A DNA stretch of 64,000 nucleotides, from positions 2,976,001 through 3,040,000 of the forward strand of contig NC_058383.1 of NCBI RefSeq assembly GCF_018350175.1, in the 5' to 3' direction. Origin of the DNA: Felis catus. Taxonomy: Eukaryota. A model generated the notes under the pieces. It searched no databases and had not been told where the DNA came from. It saw nothing but the letters and a program-made list of their open reading frames with translations. Below are positions 48,906 to 61,849 of this stretch, piece by piece. Positions within the stretch are counted from its first letter, which is position 1, and every line of letters starts with the position of its first letter. The position numbers were made by a program, and so were the translations under genes.

Positions 48906-51326
48906 GGTGGCTCCTTCTGATCGAACCAAATGAGTTGAGGAAAATCTCTGAGTGTCTTGATTTAAAAATATAGTGTATATAGAGTTGATAGTTGACCAGC
49001 ACTGGCTGTTTTCTTCTAAGGCACATGACCTTGTTTGTTCGTAGAGTTTTAGATATTTTTATTACAGTTTAATCCTAAGGTTTTAAAGTTATACTTAGTA
49101 GTAGGTTTAGAAATTAATATTGAATGCTAAGTATTAATATTTTTATTCTGCTTTAAGTGATTTAATAGCTCACTATTTAAGATAATAGAGATCCAAGTAT
49201 ATATGAAGATCTGATGTATGATAATGCTGACAAAAATCACTTAAAAGATGGTTTATTTAATAAGTATCATGGGTATACCTGCCCATTCTTCTGGAGGAAA
49301 ATAGTTTTAGGCACCTTTTTTACCTATGTACAAGAATTAATTTCAGATAAATTATCATGCTAAACATTGTAAATATACAAATTGTAGAAACAGGATTCGA
49401 GTTGAGATGTGACTTGCTCCAAAGCCACATGGTACATTTTAAGTGTTGATAGATGTCATTGTGTTATGTTTCCTAAAGGAGTAACGTTTCTGTTGCTCAA
49501 TATTTGATTGTTTCTGGGGGGTTTTTTTGGTCATTATAAATAATGCTGTGATGAACATCCTCATATGTAAATTGGCAAGTGGATGCATGAGTATTTTCTT
49601 AGAACAAATTCTTAGAAGGAAATAACTGAGTTAAAGGCTATTTTGAAGGCTTTTCAAATGCATTTTGAAATTGCTTTTCAGAAAGGTTGTGTGTGTGGAT
49701 GTAATGATTTTATTGTGCTGCATTCAGTATCTCACTATTTTTCTGTTAAAGATAGATCATTGTTATAGAGAAGTATTGCACTCAAGTTTCTGATGAACTT
49801 AGGACTTCATGTGAAATCTGGAGTTAATATTTTTTATCCATTTTATCATCTGTTACAACTTAACATGTTAATAAGCTCATAAAGAAAATATCACTTCTTT
49901 GATCCCAAAGGTCTCCTTCTCTAGCATTATTCAGAGGGCTCTGTTAGGATCCAGTCCCAAGAGACAGCAGCTGTAGGGTTCTCCTTTCCAGCATATCCAC
50001 ATACCAACAGTGCTGTGCTCAGAAGCCCCTCCACTCTTACAGTCTCGGAATTACATCTCTTGGCAGAGAGCTTGCTGTGAACATGGTTTCTGTCGCTCTC
50101 CATTATCTGTTCAACGGAAGTACGTTATATTTCCAAGTTGTATTAAAAACGTGTCCTGTCTTAAGACTTACTCCTTTGTTTTGTTACCTTTCATGTGTAC
50201 AGTTCTTTTTGATAGAATCTAGAATTTACTGGGTTAATTCCGAAGGCCATGAACTGTGCTTTCTATGAATTCTAGTCTTCCTGTGAGGATGCATTCTCTT
50301 TGTGGAAGCCACCACAGGGTTGGTACAACATTCTTTATTTTTCTTGCACATACCTTTTGTGCCTTCATCTGCAACCGACAAGAGGCAGAGTTGAAATAAT
50401 GACGTCTCACGAATTGTTTGATGTACATAGAGTACCTTGTGAGTTGCCATTTTACTTAAAATTTTTAAATAATATATCGTGCTAAATATTATCCCTTGTG
50501 CCTAAGGAAAATGAAAGAAAGTTCTTTCTAGAGCGGAGGGTTTTATGTCCTACAGTATTCCGTGTGAAATAGGGTGGAGATGTGTTATCAATCACAGTGC
50601 ACTCCAGACTGAATTTAGAGCGTCTACATCTTGAGATCAGAGTTACCTAGGTCCTGTGCAATGGGGGTTTTGGTTTCGTTTTACTTTTTAGCACAGACTT
50701 AGACTACTGTGCCGTGAGGTGAAAAGTACAGGCATTGTGTACGTTGGCCATGAACAATAACGTTGTCGTTCTTTGTGTAGACAGTTTTATTAATGCACAT
50801 AAAGGCACCGTTTTTTACTATTGCCCTTCTATTCACTGTAAACTAATTAATATGCAAACAGAGCCTGGAATCATGACTTCTTTTTCTTTGCATAGATAGC
50901 CTAGTTTAAATTTAGCCAGAATGGAAAAAATCCTATTTCCGTGCATGTGACACTAAAATAAAACAATGCAGCTCCATTTGCAGTCTCCCGAAATGTGCAT
51001 CTAAAAATATATATTTAGATATGTTACATAAAAAACATAATATTTGTTAAATGTCAGCACAACTATCACAATTATGAAGATATTTGTGAAGTCAATGTGA
51101 ATTTTTAGCTTTACCTACAAATATATATACGTGCATACATGTATTTCTCAGTAGATTTATGGATATATGTATCTCAGTATATATGAACATATATTGAGAT
51201 AACACAGAATACCAGTGATTTATTAGGAAATTTGCAAATTTTAGGTATCTTGTGATGTTTAAATGAACCCATAATATTTCAGTGCCTGAAACTTTTTAAC
51301 CTTTACGTTTTATTTCTTCCCTTCAG

Positions 51327-51374
51327 ATGAATTAGTATACTCAAAATCAACATGTACGGCAATGTAAAAATTAC
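51327..51374 (+). other. Candidate short exon (48 nt, or 52 nt to 51378), non-coding or start-codon-bearing
   Basis: Branch-like ttttaac (51294-51300), long pyrimidine tract ctttacgttttatttcttcccttcag, donors TAC|GTAGGT or TAG|GTATTG. Confidence 0.5.
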
Positions 51375-52768
51375 GTAGGTATTGCACATGTTACCAGGGA
51401 TTGGTTTAGAGCAGTCCCTTTGGACCGGTTGGTTATAGCACAGATCTCACATGCCTTCCACCCCCAAAACCTGTCCTTGTTATTGCTGGATACTTACTGT
51501 TATCCCTTCTTTGATTTTATTGGAATTGTGTTAATTAGAGTATCTTTGCCCATCTCTGATGCAATAGTTCTGTTTTCCTCCATCCTTATACTTGATAGAA
51601 GGCTACTAAAGGTGAACTTTGAGAACACGTAGAACAAGTCAGGATTCTCTTGTACAGATTATATCCATTCAACAGGTGTGTCCAGGAACTTTTCGCATGC
51701 TTTGTGTGATATTATTACTATGACAAGTAATGGTTTAGGAAAGAACAGACATCTTGCGAGAGCTCTTGTCATATTTCCTTCTGTTTTCATGTTTTGATAT
51801 TTCTAGGAGGTGTTTTATTCTGGAAAAGATGAGCTTCTTATAATTTTATGTTTTGCAGTATTGAGCTGAAATGAACATATTGGCTTATTTTGAACCTTCA
51901 TTCATCATCCATGATTGTTAAAAGAGGTAACAGTCATCCATGATTGTTAAAAAAAAATTGTACAAGTGTTGGATAAACTCAACCAGCTTTTAGTAAGTTT
52001 ATTTTAGCAAGGTAGGGGAATGAACCACCGATTTAATGGCCCCACCTACTTTTAAATCATGCAAACTAAATTTCCTTTTTTTGCTTTAACATCTCTTTCC
52101 TTTTTGATCTTTAGTATTTTATTTATTGGTAGCATTTGTTTGCCAGGAATAGATGTTTTTAATAGTTACAACCCCTCCAAAAAAAAAGCACATCTGTGTT
52201 CATAATGCAATATTTATTAATATAGATCATATTACTTTACTATATCAGTACCTGATGGGTACGTGAATTATTTAAAATGAGCATCTGTGCGCTATTTTAT
52301 GATATTTGAAATAAAATGAATTTTTAATATTCATATGTAATACAATCTGCCAAGAGTATCCTGGTAAAAGTTTTCAAATCCAAATAGTAAGTCAGCTGCA
52401 GTGTTTCTCCCTCACTTTATAGGTCAAGCAAGCCTAAAGTTGGACACAACCCTCAGTGAAATTTTTTTGCTTCAGAAATGGGATAATTATGTATATATTT
52501 ATACATCATTATGCTAATAATTTTCGAGTCAGTTTAACTTCCAGCTTGCTTGCATGCCTCTTCTGTCCTTTTTTCTGGAATTAATGCTATCCAAAAATAA
52601 AGCCAGAAACATCAATTTAGCCGACCTCACTTTCTCCCTAAATTTAGAAGTTTTATATAACACAAACTTTCTTTAAAAGTTTTCTTAAAGAAAAATTTTC
52701 TCAATGGAATTATTTAAACCTGGAAATTTTGAATCTTTTTATCAATCTTTAAAAAAACCCTTAATCTT

Positions 52769-52943
52769 TGGGAGACTGTGTGGGTCTGTTAAGCATCCTA
52801 CTTGCACTCAGGTTATGATTTCATGGTTCGTGAGTTCGAGCCCCACGTCGGGCTCTGTGCCGATAGCTAGGAACCTGGAGCCTGCTTCAGATTCTGTGTC
52901 TCCCTCTGTCTCTGCCCCTCCCCCGCTTGCTTGCGCGTGCGCG

Positions 52944-52982
<39 letters not shown>

Positions 52983-53011
52983 AAAAATAATAAAACATTA
53001 CAAAAGAACAC
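52769..53011 (+). mobile_element. CAN-SINE
   Basis: SINE body. TSD aaaacccttaatctt / aaaaccttaatctt. Confidence 0.93.
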
Positions 53012-53869
53012 AAAACCTTAATCTTACTGAGAAAATTTAGTGTTGGTTTCATTCAGGTGTTAGTTTGAAACAACTCCTAAGGGTCAGATCGGATTTTCTG
53101 GTTAGCTGAAACCAAGGCCCCGGGCCTCAGGACCTCTCTGTTGGGAGTATGCTCATGGAGCCTCTCCCCCTTCCAGAGGCTGCTGGAATTTTACCTGCCT
53201 TCTTTCCCCACACATCTAGGCTGACAGAGTCTGAAAAGAAGGCAGAATTTGCTGATAGGTTAGTTTGTGATAGTATTTTTCTCTTTGGAAGTAATTATAT
53301 TTATTTTGGTGGATCACATTTCAGAGAGCTCCTTTCTGTTGAGTTGATTCTGGTCAGTGTTTGTGAGCCAGACTGACCACAGAGTAGGATCTTAGCCTTA
53401 TTCGTGGCTGTGAATCCTATGAAGCTATTTATCTTAGCTGTCACGCAGTTGGCTAATTAGGTCAGTCTAGGGGTTAAGGGAGGTGAAGGACTGAAATAAT
53501 CATTGCATTCTCAGAACAAAGCCCACTCATTTTGTTCTGTCTCATAAACCCAGAAAAGGAAGATAAGTTTGGATCTTGCTGTTGCTTCCATCATATTCCT
53601 TGCTGTATCTGAAGATTGAGGAAGATATTTAAATAAGTACCTTAAGAGTGATAAGGTACATATGTAGGTTATACTTATTTTCATAACGTTTTTTATCCTC
53701 AAACCTGTTAATTGTAGAACATTTGGAAAATACAGAGAAATATGAAAGAAGGACATTTAAAAGTACCAACGATGTCACCATTTAGAAGTATAATTATTTA
53801 ATGGGTTTCCTTCTGGCCTTTTCTATTCATATGTTTAATTTGATTTAATTATTGCTTTATACTGTCTAA

Positions 53870-54003
53870 CAGTAGCTAGTAGTTTCTGAGTGCTTATTTG
53901 ATAGAAGGCAGTGAGCTAAGAGCATTACATGTGGTATCTATTTAATGTTCTGCAACCTATGAGACAGTAATTTTCCAGTGATGAATCTGAGACTTAGGAG
54001 ATT
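53870..54003 (-). mobile_element. MIR, left part (continues at about 55890-55950)
   Basis: tttctgagtgcttat...ctaagagcattacatgtgg...gcaacctatgag...gatgaatctgagacttag. Confidence 0.7.
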
Positions 54004-54989
54004 TTGCTCCATGTCAAAAAATGAGAAACTTCGGACATCTCGTCTGCATGAGAGGGCAACGGTCTATTTCTCCTCCTCCCTCCCTTCTAAGTGCAACTCT
54101 AAACCCTAGAAACAATGCAGGAGCAGAAAAGAACTCTGAAAGGTGGGAAGAAGCAGGTGACATGTTTTGGGACCTTTGCACTGGAGGAACCATACAATGG
54201 CAGGGCCTACCACACTCCCCTTGCCAGGAAGATCCAGCCAGACCTGGCCCATCTTGACCCCCGAACTAGTGATACAAGGCAGCTCCAGTGGGCGCCTTCC
54301 TTCCTTGGGTCACACAGGAGCAAGCTGTGCCGCGTGCCACAGCAGCAAGAGAGTTCAGTAGGAGCCCCTCCAGCGTTCACCAGCCAGGGCACGCATGCGC
54401 CATCCTTGCTGGGCCTCAGATGGTTCTTCTCCTGGACAGACATCTGGGCATCTGGCACTTCCTGCTGCAGCACACTGCCATAGCTAATGGCCGAGCCAAG
54501 TAGCCTCTGTCACCATGGACCTGAGACTCCTCTCCCGTGCCGAGACACACTAGGTGGCCAGGAGCCACAGGCAAACGGGATCCTGTCACGGTAAGCACTA
54601 GGCCAGGGAAGCCTCTTCCAGCCTTTGGCCTAATCACCAACCCCCTTTCCAGTGAGAGCCATGAGGCAGCCAGGCCTGGGGAAAGCCTTTCCAGCCTCTC
54701 AGGCAGCACCAGCAGGACCTGTGGGTGTCCCATTGGCCCCAGACAAAGCAGACCAAAGAACGCTATAAAGACTCTGAAAATTAGGCGGTCTTTGGAACCA
54801 CAGCCCACAAAACTAGGCCAGGACCTTTGTGCTGAACCTAGACAGGGTGATGGCCCCGACAGAAAATCAGCAAGGGTAGAGAAGAGCTTAACAGCACTGT
54901 TGCCAACAGGACTTAATTGGCATTTCTAGGACATGGTGGATTCACACGAAGAATCACTAACAGAAAGATAACAGGAAAGTCCCCAGGTA

Positions 54990-55885
54990 AGATGAGATCA
55001 CACAGTTGTAAATGATACATGGGCCAAAGAGGTCTTAAAGGCAATAAAAATACATAGAACCAGGTGGAAGTGAAAACAACATATCAAAATATGTGGGATA
55101 CAGGTAACACGGTTCAGAGAGGGAGATTTATAGTATTAAATTTTTACATAAAATTGATGAAATGTCCTCAATCATCTCAGTTCCTACCTTAAGAAATTTG
55201 GAAAAGAAGAACAGAGAAACCCAAACAAACAATAACCCTGAAGCAAGTAGAAGGAAGGAAATAATAAAAAGCAGAAATAGATGAAATTGAAAATAGGAAA
55301 CGAATCAAGACCATCAAGAAAGCAAAAAGCTGCTGCTCTGCCAAAAATAAAAAATCATTCAAGTTGATAAATTTCCAGCAAGACTGAGAAAGACAAATCA
55401 CTTAACACAGGAAGGAGATGGGGCAACACTACAGATCCTAAAGCCATTAAAAGAAAAATGAGGGGCAATATTATTCTCATGTATTTACCAACTAAGAAGA
55501 AAGGGATGGTTTGTGTACAACTACAAACAACCCAAACGCAAGCAAGAGTTTCCTCCCATCAAGGAAATTGATGGGGGAGGTGGCTGTGGCTACACAAGAG
55601 CATTGGCCAGGATTCTTGTGGTGACGGACACATGAACCTCCACGTGTGCAGAAGTTGTATAGAACCACACACACACACTCATACTCACAAGTACAAGTCA
55701 AACTGCTAAATCTCAGGAAGAGCAGTGGGTTATCTCCACATCAGTTCCTGTCCCATGTCCTACTATAGTTTTGCGAAATGTTACTATTTGCGGGGAAGTG
55801 AGTGAAGGGTCCCCAGAATCTCTGTTATTTCTTACAACTTCATGCGAATCTGCAAATATCTCTATAAAATTCTCAATTTTTTTAA
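54990..55885 (+). mobile_element. L1MD-like element: ORF2 fragment joined to 3' end
   Basis: aaaacaacatatcaaaatatgtgggatacag (ORF2) and tctctgttatttcttacaacttcatgcgaatct (L1MD 3' end). Confidence 0.8.
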
Positions 55886-57639
55886 GAAAGCTAATAACTT
55901 GTTGATTTAGGAGTTGAACCCAGAAAGTGTGGTTCCAGAACCTGTGTTCTCAGGGACACAGCTGTGCTGCGATGTTACTCTGACGCATTGCGCGGCTAGT
56001 AGTTTTATGCAATCGTGTGCATCATACTATGTGTAAATTTGAAAGTGTGTGCCTGTATGTATACATGTGCGTGCCTATGTATCTTTATCAGCAATGACCA
56101 GTATTAGATAATATATATATTTTTCCTGTCTCTGTCACGTAGTTTGAAAGTTCCATTAAGTACTGGCGCTTGTACTCACTGAAGACTCTTTAGGTTCCAA
56201 GTGGCATAAACCTGACCTGACTTAGTAGGGAGGACAGGTTGAAACTGCCAGTATGGCTGCCAAATGAGACCATTTCGACTTGGAGGAATGGCAGTTTCAT
56301 AGGGCTCAAAGAAACTGCTGGCACACAGGATTTCTTGGAAGGATCTTAGAGTAGGTCATAGGATCAAAGGAATTGTAGAGAGGGACAGGCAGGCGATGTT
56401 TGGTGCAGCACAAATTGTGTGGTCGGGGAGCCCAAGATTGCTCCCGTATGAAGTCATGCGAGGGCTGACCCAGACGTGGCCGACAGGGTGGCCCCTGGGA
56501 GCCAGGAGCTGCCGCTGCGGCCTGGGTCTTTAGTGATCAGGACATCGAAGTGATAGTTGAATCATGAATGTAAAAATGATTTTTGAGTTCGGGGAAATTT
56601 TTCCCCCATAAATGACAAACCTGTCAAAATCAGAGACTACCGAGATGTTTCTAATGGTAGCATTTACACAAGGCATACGTATAAACATTTACCATACATT
56701 TTAATGGGCAAATATGTGTTCCACTACAAATTCATACAGTCACTTTTTTCTGCCATACTAGAGGTGATGTTGCGAAGAGTGTTTGAAGGCAGATGTGTGA
56801 GTAATGGGTATGAGAAGCAGCGGCTGAATGCTTTAAACTTTGCTGTGACACGCAGGATGTGTGTTTCGAAAACCTAAGACTGAAAATAGAAAGAGAGCCT
56901 GTCCTCTGCAACTGAAGGTATTTTCCTCGAAGCTTTTAGTTTGTAACTCAGATGCCGAACCGAACTATGATGTGTAAGTAATTATTTTTATTATTATTAT
57001 AAGAGTCAGATGGGCACTTGGAAATAAAATCCCAAACAGTACAAAATAACGATTCTTGCAGGGGTTTTATAATTTAGTAACTTTCTACTGTGCAGCCTGA
57101 CCTCATAGCTCATAAGCATAGGAAGCCTCTGTTTGAACAGTGCAATTTTGTCCTTTGTGAAATGGTAGTGAACGTTAATGTCCGCCCAGTCCTTGAGTGT
57201 GGCTTGCACCGAGACCCCTGTGAACTTTGCTGGGGTCCATTTCTGGAAAACGGTATTTTCTCTACCAGAAAATTATCATGTTACTTTTGCTAGATAGCGG
57301 CAACAACAAGAAAACGCACATGTCAAAGTCTTCTTTGGTGCCAGGACACTTAGGAGCCCCGTTCCGTGGCCAGATGTAGTAATCAGCTTCCTCGGATGGA
57401 GCTAATCACTTGTCCTCTTCTCTGGTCTTGCTGTAACTTTCACTTGATCCGTCTGAAGCCCTGTTGTGAAAACAGTGTCCGCTCAAGTCACTTGAATATC
57501 TCTTTCCAGCTTCTAAACTGTTTTTGCAATAGTAAATATTTGAACTTCAAGGTAATCCTGCAAAGTGCAAAGTTGACACTGTGCTTTTTCCTTTAAAAAC
57601 CTGCCTAAAGAGGAAGAAGCAGGTGAACTTACTATCACC

Positions 57640-57760
57640 AGCACAGACTATAGACTTCACCAGGGCAGGGACTCCATTTTTGTTCACCATGCTGGCCCTA
57701 CCCCCCAGTACAGTGCTTGACAGTTGATAAATGTTTCAAGATGATTGATGTTGAATAAAC
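57640..57760 (+). mobile_element. L2 3' end
   Basis: cagggcagggactccatttttgttcacc...cagtacagtgcttgaca. Confidence 0.75.
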
Positions 57761-58210
57761 CTCAGAACTCCTCAGAACTTGGAAGAACACAGAAAAACTT
57801 GTGTTGGCAGAAGAGAGAAGTTCACAGCCCCAGGAGACCAGAATGTAGCTCAAAGCAACCTGTCACAAGCACATTCCTTTGAAGTCTGGTGTTTTATCTT
57901 AAAAACTCATACAAACTTTGAATTCTGCTTCCTATTACAATTGTTTATTTTATCACAAACTTAATGTAAATGTTATTTATCCTGAAATAATAGGCATCTG
58001 GAAAATGTGCTGTACATATCCTGAATATGCCTAACATATCTTTAGGGTACTTGTTATGCTTTTGAGAAATACGAGTGTGCAATCAATTACTTCCTGTCTA
58101 AGGACTATGTATATGCTGGTGACATCCAAATTATGCCTTTCACCTTTTCCTTACCCCTGAATTCATCCTCTTAGTTAATGGCAACTCTACCGTTCCAGTT
58201 GGTTGGGGGA

Positions 58211-58216
<6 letters not shown>

Positions 58217-58266
<50 letters not shown>
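58217..58266. repeat. (AC)25 microsatellite
   Basis: Read directly from the sequence. Confidence 0.97.
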
Positions 58267-58271
<5 letters not shown>

Positions 58272-58413
58272 GTTGCATCATCCTTGACTTGTTGCTTTTT
58301 CTCAGTTTACATCCAGTTTATTAGGAAATATTGTTGTTTCTACTTTAAGGATATATCCTGAATTTGATCACTTGCAATCGCCCCTTCTGCTACCAGACTG
58401 GCACCATCATCTC

Positions 58414-58730
58414 TGTTGAGTTAATTAAACAAGGAGGCCATTAGCCTGAAGAGGCTTCAATGCTGTAGCAAACTAAAATCTCAGCCTGTAAATGCCTTAA
58501 GGTTACAAAGTCAAAATGCTAAACAGGACCGATCACAAACAGCCAACTAGTCTTAAAGCTATAGCCAGTCAATTCTCTTTCTTTGCTTCTGCACTTTTTC
58601 TCGGTCTTTCCCCCGGCTTCTGTGGCAGAGGGCTCCTGGACACTCACCATTTGCTGCTGTCCCACTCCAGTCCATTTTTGCTCAAGTAAACTCTTAAAAT
58701 GTTTAACGTACCTCAGTATAGCTTTTAACA
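58414..58730 (+). mobile_element. Solo LTR, ERV1 class (MER34/MER39-like end)
   Basis: TGTTGAG...TTTAACA termini, 4-bp TSD tctc/tctt, agtaaactcttaaaatgttt polyA region. Confidence 0.8.
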
Positions 58731-60475
58731 TCTTCCACCAGCTTTGTGCAGTAGTCTCGTAACTGATCTCTACGTGTTGTCCCTTGCCCCAGTCTCGTGT
58801 CCTCGTGGCAGCGGGAGCACGCATGTCAGGCCCGGGTGGGGCCCTGCACGGCCGCTGTGCGTGGTCCGTCTGATCAGAGTGAAGGCTCGAGTCCCGCCTA
58901 GCCCGTGCCGTGACCTCGCCTCCTTGATCTCCGTTCCCGACACTCCGGCCTTCAGTGTGCCCTGACTCGCTGCTGCTTTAGGACTTTGCAGCTGCTGTTC
59001 CCTCTGCCAGCCCTGCTCTTTGCCCAGAGGTCCAGGTGGCTCCTCCTATCCCTCGTTTGGGTCTTTCCTCACAAGTCACACTGGCAGTGAGGTCATTCCA
59101 CATTCATCCCATATAAAATTTCACACCTACTACCAGACATGTCCTTTTCCCCCCTTTATTATCTTTTTTCTTGACACCACACCTAATGTACTATCTGCTT
59201 TATGTGTTGGAAGCATTAATTATCTCCTCCCCCGACCCCCTTTCTCTCAAAAATCGTACCTCTAGATTTTAAGATTGACCAGAGTGGCCTAGGGTGGCAC
59301 CGGACACGTCCCAGTCAGGCCACGAAATCTTAGTTTAGTTCTGATCTGTGACCAGAGTTGTATTAGAATGGGGTCTTTTAACTGTCCCTCGCTCTTTCCT
59401 TGGGTTCAGAGCCCTAATGCTTACCCCTGAAGTCTAAAGCCTACTTCCTTAGGTTGTTAGGTCAACTGCGTGCCGACTTTCTCACTCCCCCTCCTGACTG
59501 TGGCTCCTGCTTGCTCTCCCCGTCAGGGTCAGAGCTTCTCGGGGAGACCACCGTCTCCTTTCTGGTCCCCTATTTACTCCCGCATATCCCAGTGCATTTC
59601 TGCTTAGTAGAAACTGTGAGCATGTTGTAGAGTCTGGGCAGACCACTCCTGAAGAGAGTTGCTAATCCGGGTCTGTTTTCCTTCAATGGTAGCTGCTGGC
59701 CAGCCGTACTGCCTGGTACATAGTAAGTGTTGAATAAACTGTTTTTGAATCGAGGCTGGTCTCCTAAATTTGAATTTGATTACTTAGTTTTTCTGTATGG
59801 ACTCCATGTTGTTCCCTTTACATTTTTGCCTGCTGAAGCTGCAGGAGACCCATCAGAGGCCAAACTCTGAAGAGCATATATTCCCTTGTCTAACAAGCAA
59901 GCTAAGTAAGTTTTTCTGAATATGTATTTAAGCAGAATTCACTATGGGGCTGGACTTGGATTTCGAGCGTGTTTTTGTAAGAAACCCATAAGTTAAGAAT
60001 ATTTCACTTTGTTTTCATAGTTTTCTTTTTAAATTCACATTGCTTTCATTTTCTTATTAAAATGCATTGAGGAAGATTAATTTAACAAAAATGCCAGTGG
60101 GAGAGAATACAGAGAAAATATGCAATCGTAATAAATAGTTGAGGTCTCTGTTTTTCAACATCCTGCGGCTATGTTTGCAAAGTTGATCTCGGACAGGATG
60201 CCGTGCCGTGGGGCCACGGTATGCTGTCTCAGAGCCCGGGTTCACCCGGGGAATAGAGTTTGGGTGTTTGGGAAACTCGCACAGTGCCCCAGTGAAAAAT
60301 GATTCTGAGTGCAAGGCAGATCCTGTCTCCAAGGAATTCAGACCATATTGTACAGTTTCCAAAAATAGCTTGCCATCACCAGCTTTGACCCCTGTCTTTA
60401 GAACAGCATTTTTTATGTATTCAAGTAAGTTCTGATCATTGTAGAAAATACTTTGGTATATTCCTGTGTAAGTTT

Positions 60476-60699
60476 AAAAAAATTTTTTTTAATGTTTATT
60501 TTTGAGAGAGAGAGAGAGGGAGGGAGACAGAGCACGAGCGGGGGAGGGGCAGAGAGTGAGGGAGACACAGAATCTGAAACAGGCTCCAGGCTCCCAGCCG
60601 TCAGCACAGAGCCCGACGTGGGGCTCGAACCCATGAACCTCGAGACCATCACCTGAACCGAAGTCTGGTGCTCAACCCTCCAAGCCACCCAGGCGCTCC
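60476..60699 (-). mobile_element. CAN-SINE (SINEC_Fc2-like)
   Basis: SINE body. TSD tcctgtgtaagttt / tcctgtgtaggttt. Confidence 0.95.
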
Positions 60700-61849
60700 T
60701 CCTGTGTAGGTTTTAAAGGGAAAAAGTGGTATGTAGGCTTGTAGTTTGAACTGAGATCATAAGGCAGCCTAGACACTGACTTCATAAAGTGGAGGAGGTG
60801 GAAAAGCTTGAGTGCTAAGAACTCGCAACAAGAACAGGTGGCCTCTCGCGGAGACCGGAGCCGGCTGGGATTTGGGTAGCTCTGGGGAGTGGGCAGCTGC
60901 GGCCTGCGGGGGGGGGGCCGCCAGGCATGTCATGAGAGTCTGGAAGAAATGCCGTATAAAATAAACGCGTTTTACGGACTCTTCCGTGGGCAGTTCAGCG
61001 GCCCTAAGTACGTGTACACTCAGTTCTGCTTGCGCCTTCCCCGCTACTTTGGATTTTCACACACGTGTGAGGGCGTAATAAGTATTTTCAACTGTACAAG
61101 CCCTTAACAGCTTTCTGTATGAACACCCACCCTGAAGTCTGTTTGGAGGAAGCGTTTAAATATGCGGGGTAATAAACACCCGGCAGGGAGGTGAGGAGGA
61201 TCAGATCCCCTAGGAAAGCTGACTGATGTTGTCAAATGTCAAAAAAATAATCCAGTTTAGTAACAGGTCTGATGTCCTTTATTCAAGGGAAAAGAGTCCG
61301 TGGATTGTTGACAAAGCGGAACGCTGTTCCTGAGGGGTTTGGGGGGCAGCAGGGAAGCAGAAACAGGGCCTGATGTGCTGGGAGGCCACGGATTTCCTGG
61401 AGAGGCCAGCAGGTCCTGTTTTCTGGAATAAGGTGAGCTAGCTAAAGTAAAGCGGAGTTGGAGGACTGTGACTGCTACGTGTTAGATTTCCTTGACAAGT
61501 GTTTCCCTTAGTGCAGGCTGGCTTGGGAGTTGATTTGTGCTGTGGACAGGGCCATGGGGGCTGCCTCCATTTTGTAGGTCCTGACACGGGAATTGGCTTT
61601 ATCACTGCCTTTAAAAAAAAAGTCAAGATCTAAAGAAAAGAGAAAGCATAGCCCAAGTAATCTGGGACTAAAATTCCAGACATGATCTGCATTGTTGGGT
61701 GTGGAGGGGAAATGAAAGGGAAGTGACTGCAGGGGCATGAAAACATAAGAAAGGATCTTATATTCAGCCACTTTGCATACAAAAACAGAGGTACAGCTTT
61801 GAAACCAGCAGGAAAATCTGTCTAATCAGAAATAGGAAAGGGAGTGGGA

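Larger units (their letters stand above)
58090..59220 (+). mobile_element. L2a remnant interrupted by (AC)n and a solo LTR
   Basis: catcatccttgact, ttaggaaatattgttgtttctacttt, ggactttgcagctgctgttccctctgcc. Confidence 0.8.

Noticed and set aside
54021..54929. Dense cluster of 64-130 aa ORFs
   Set aside because: Stop-poor GC-rich, probably repeat-derived sequence on both strands, with no recognisable protein.
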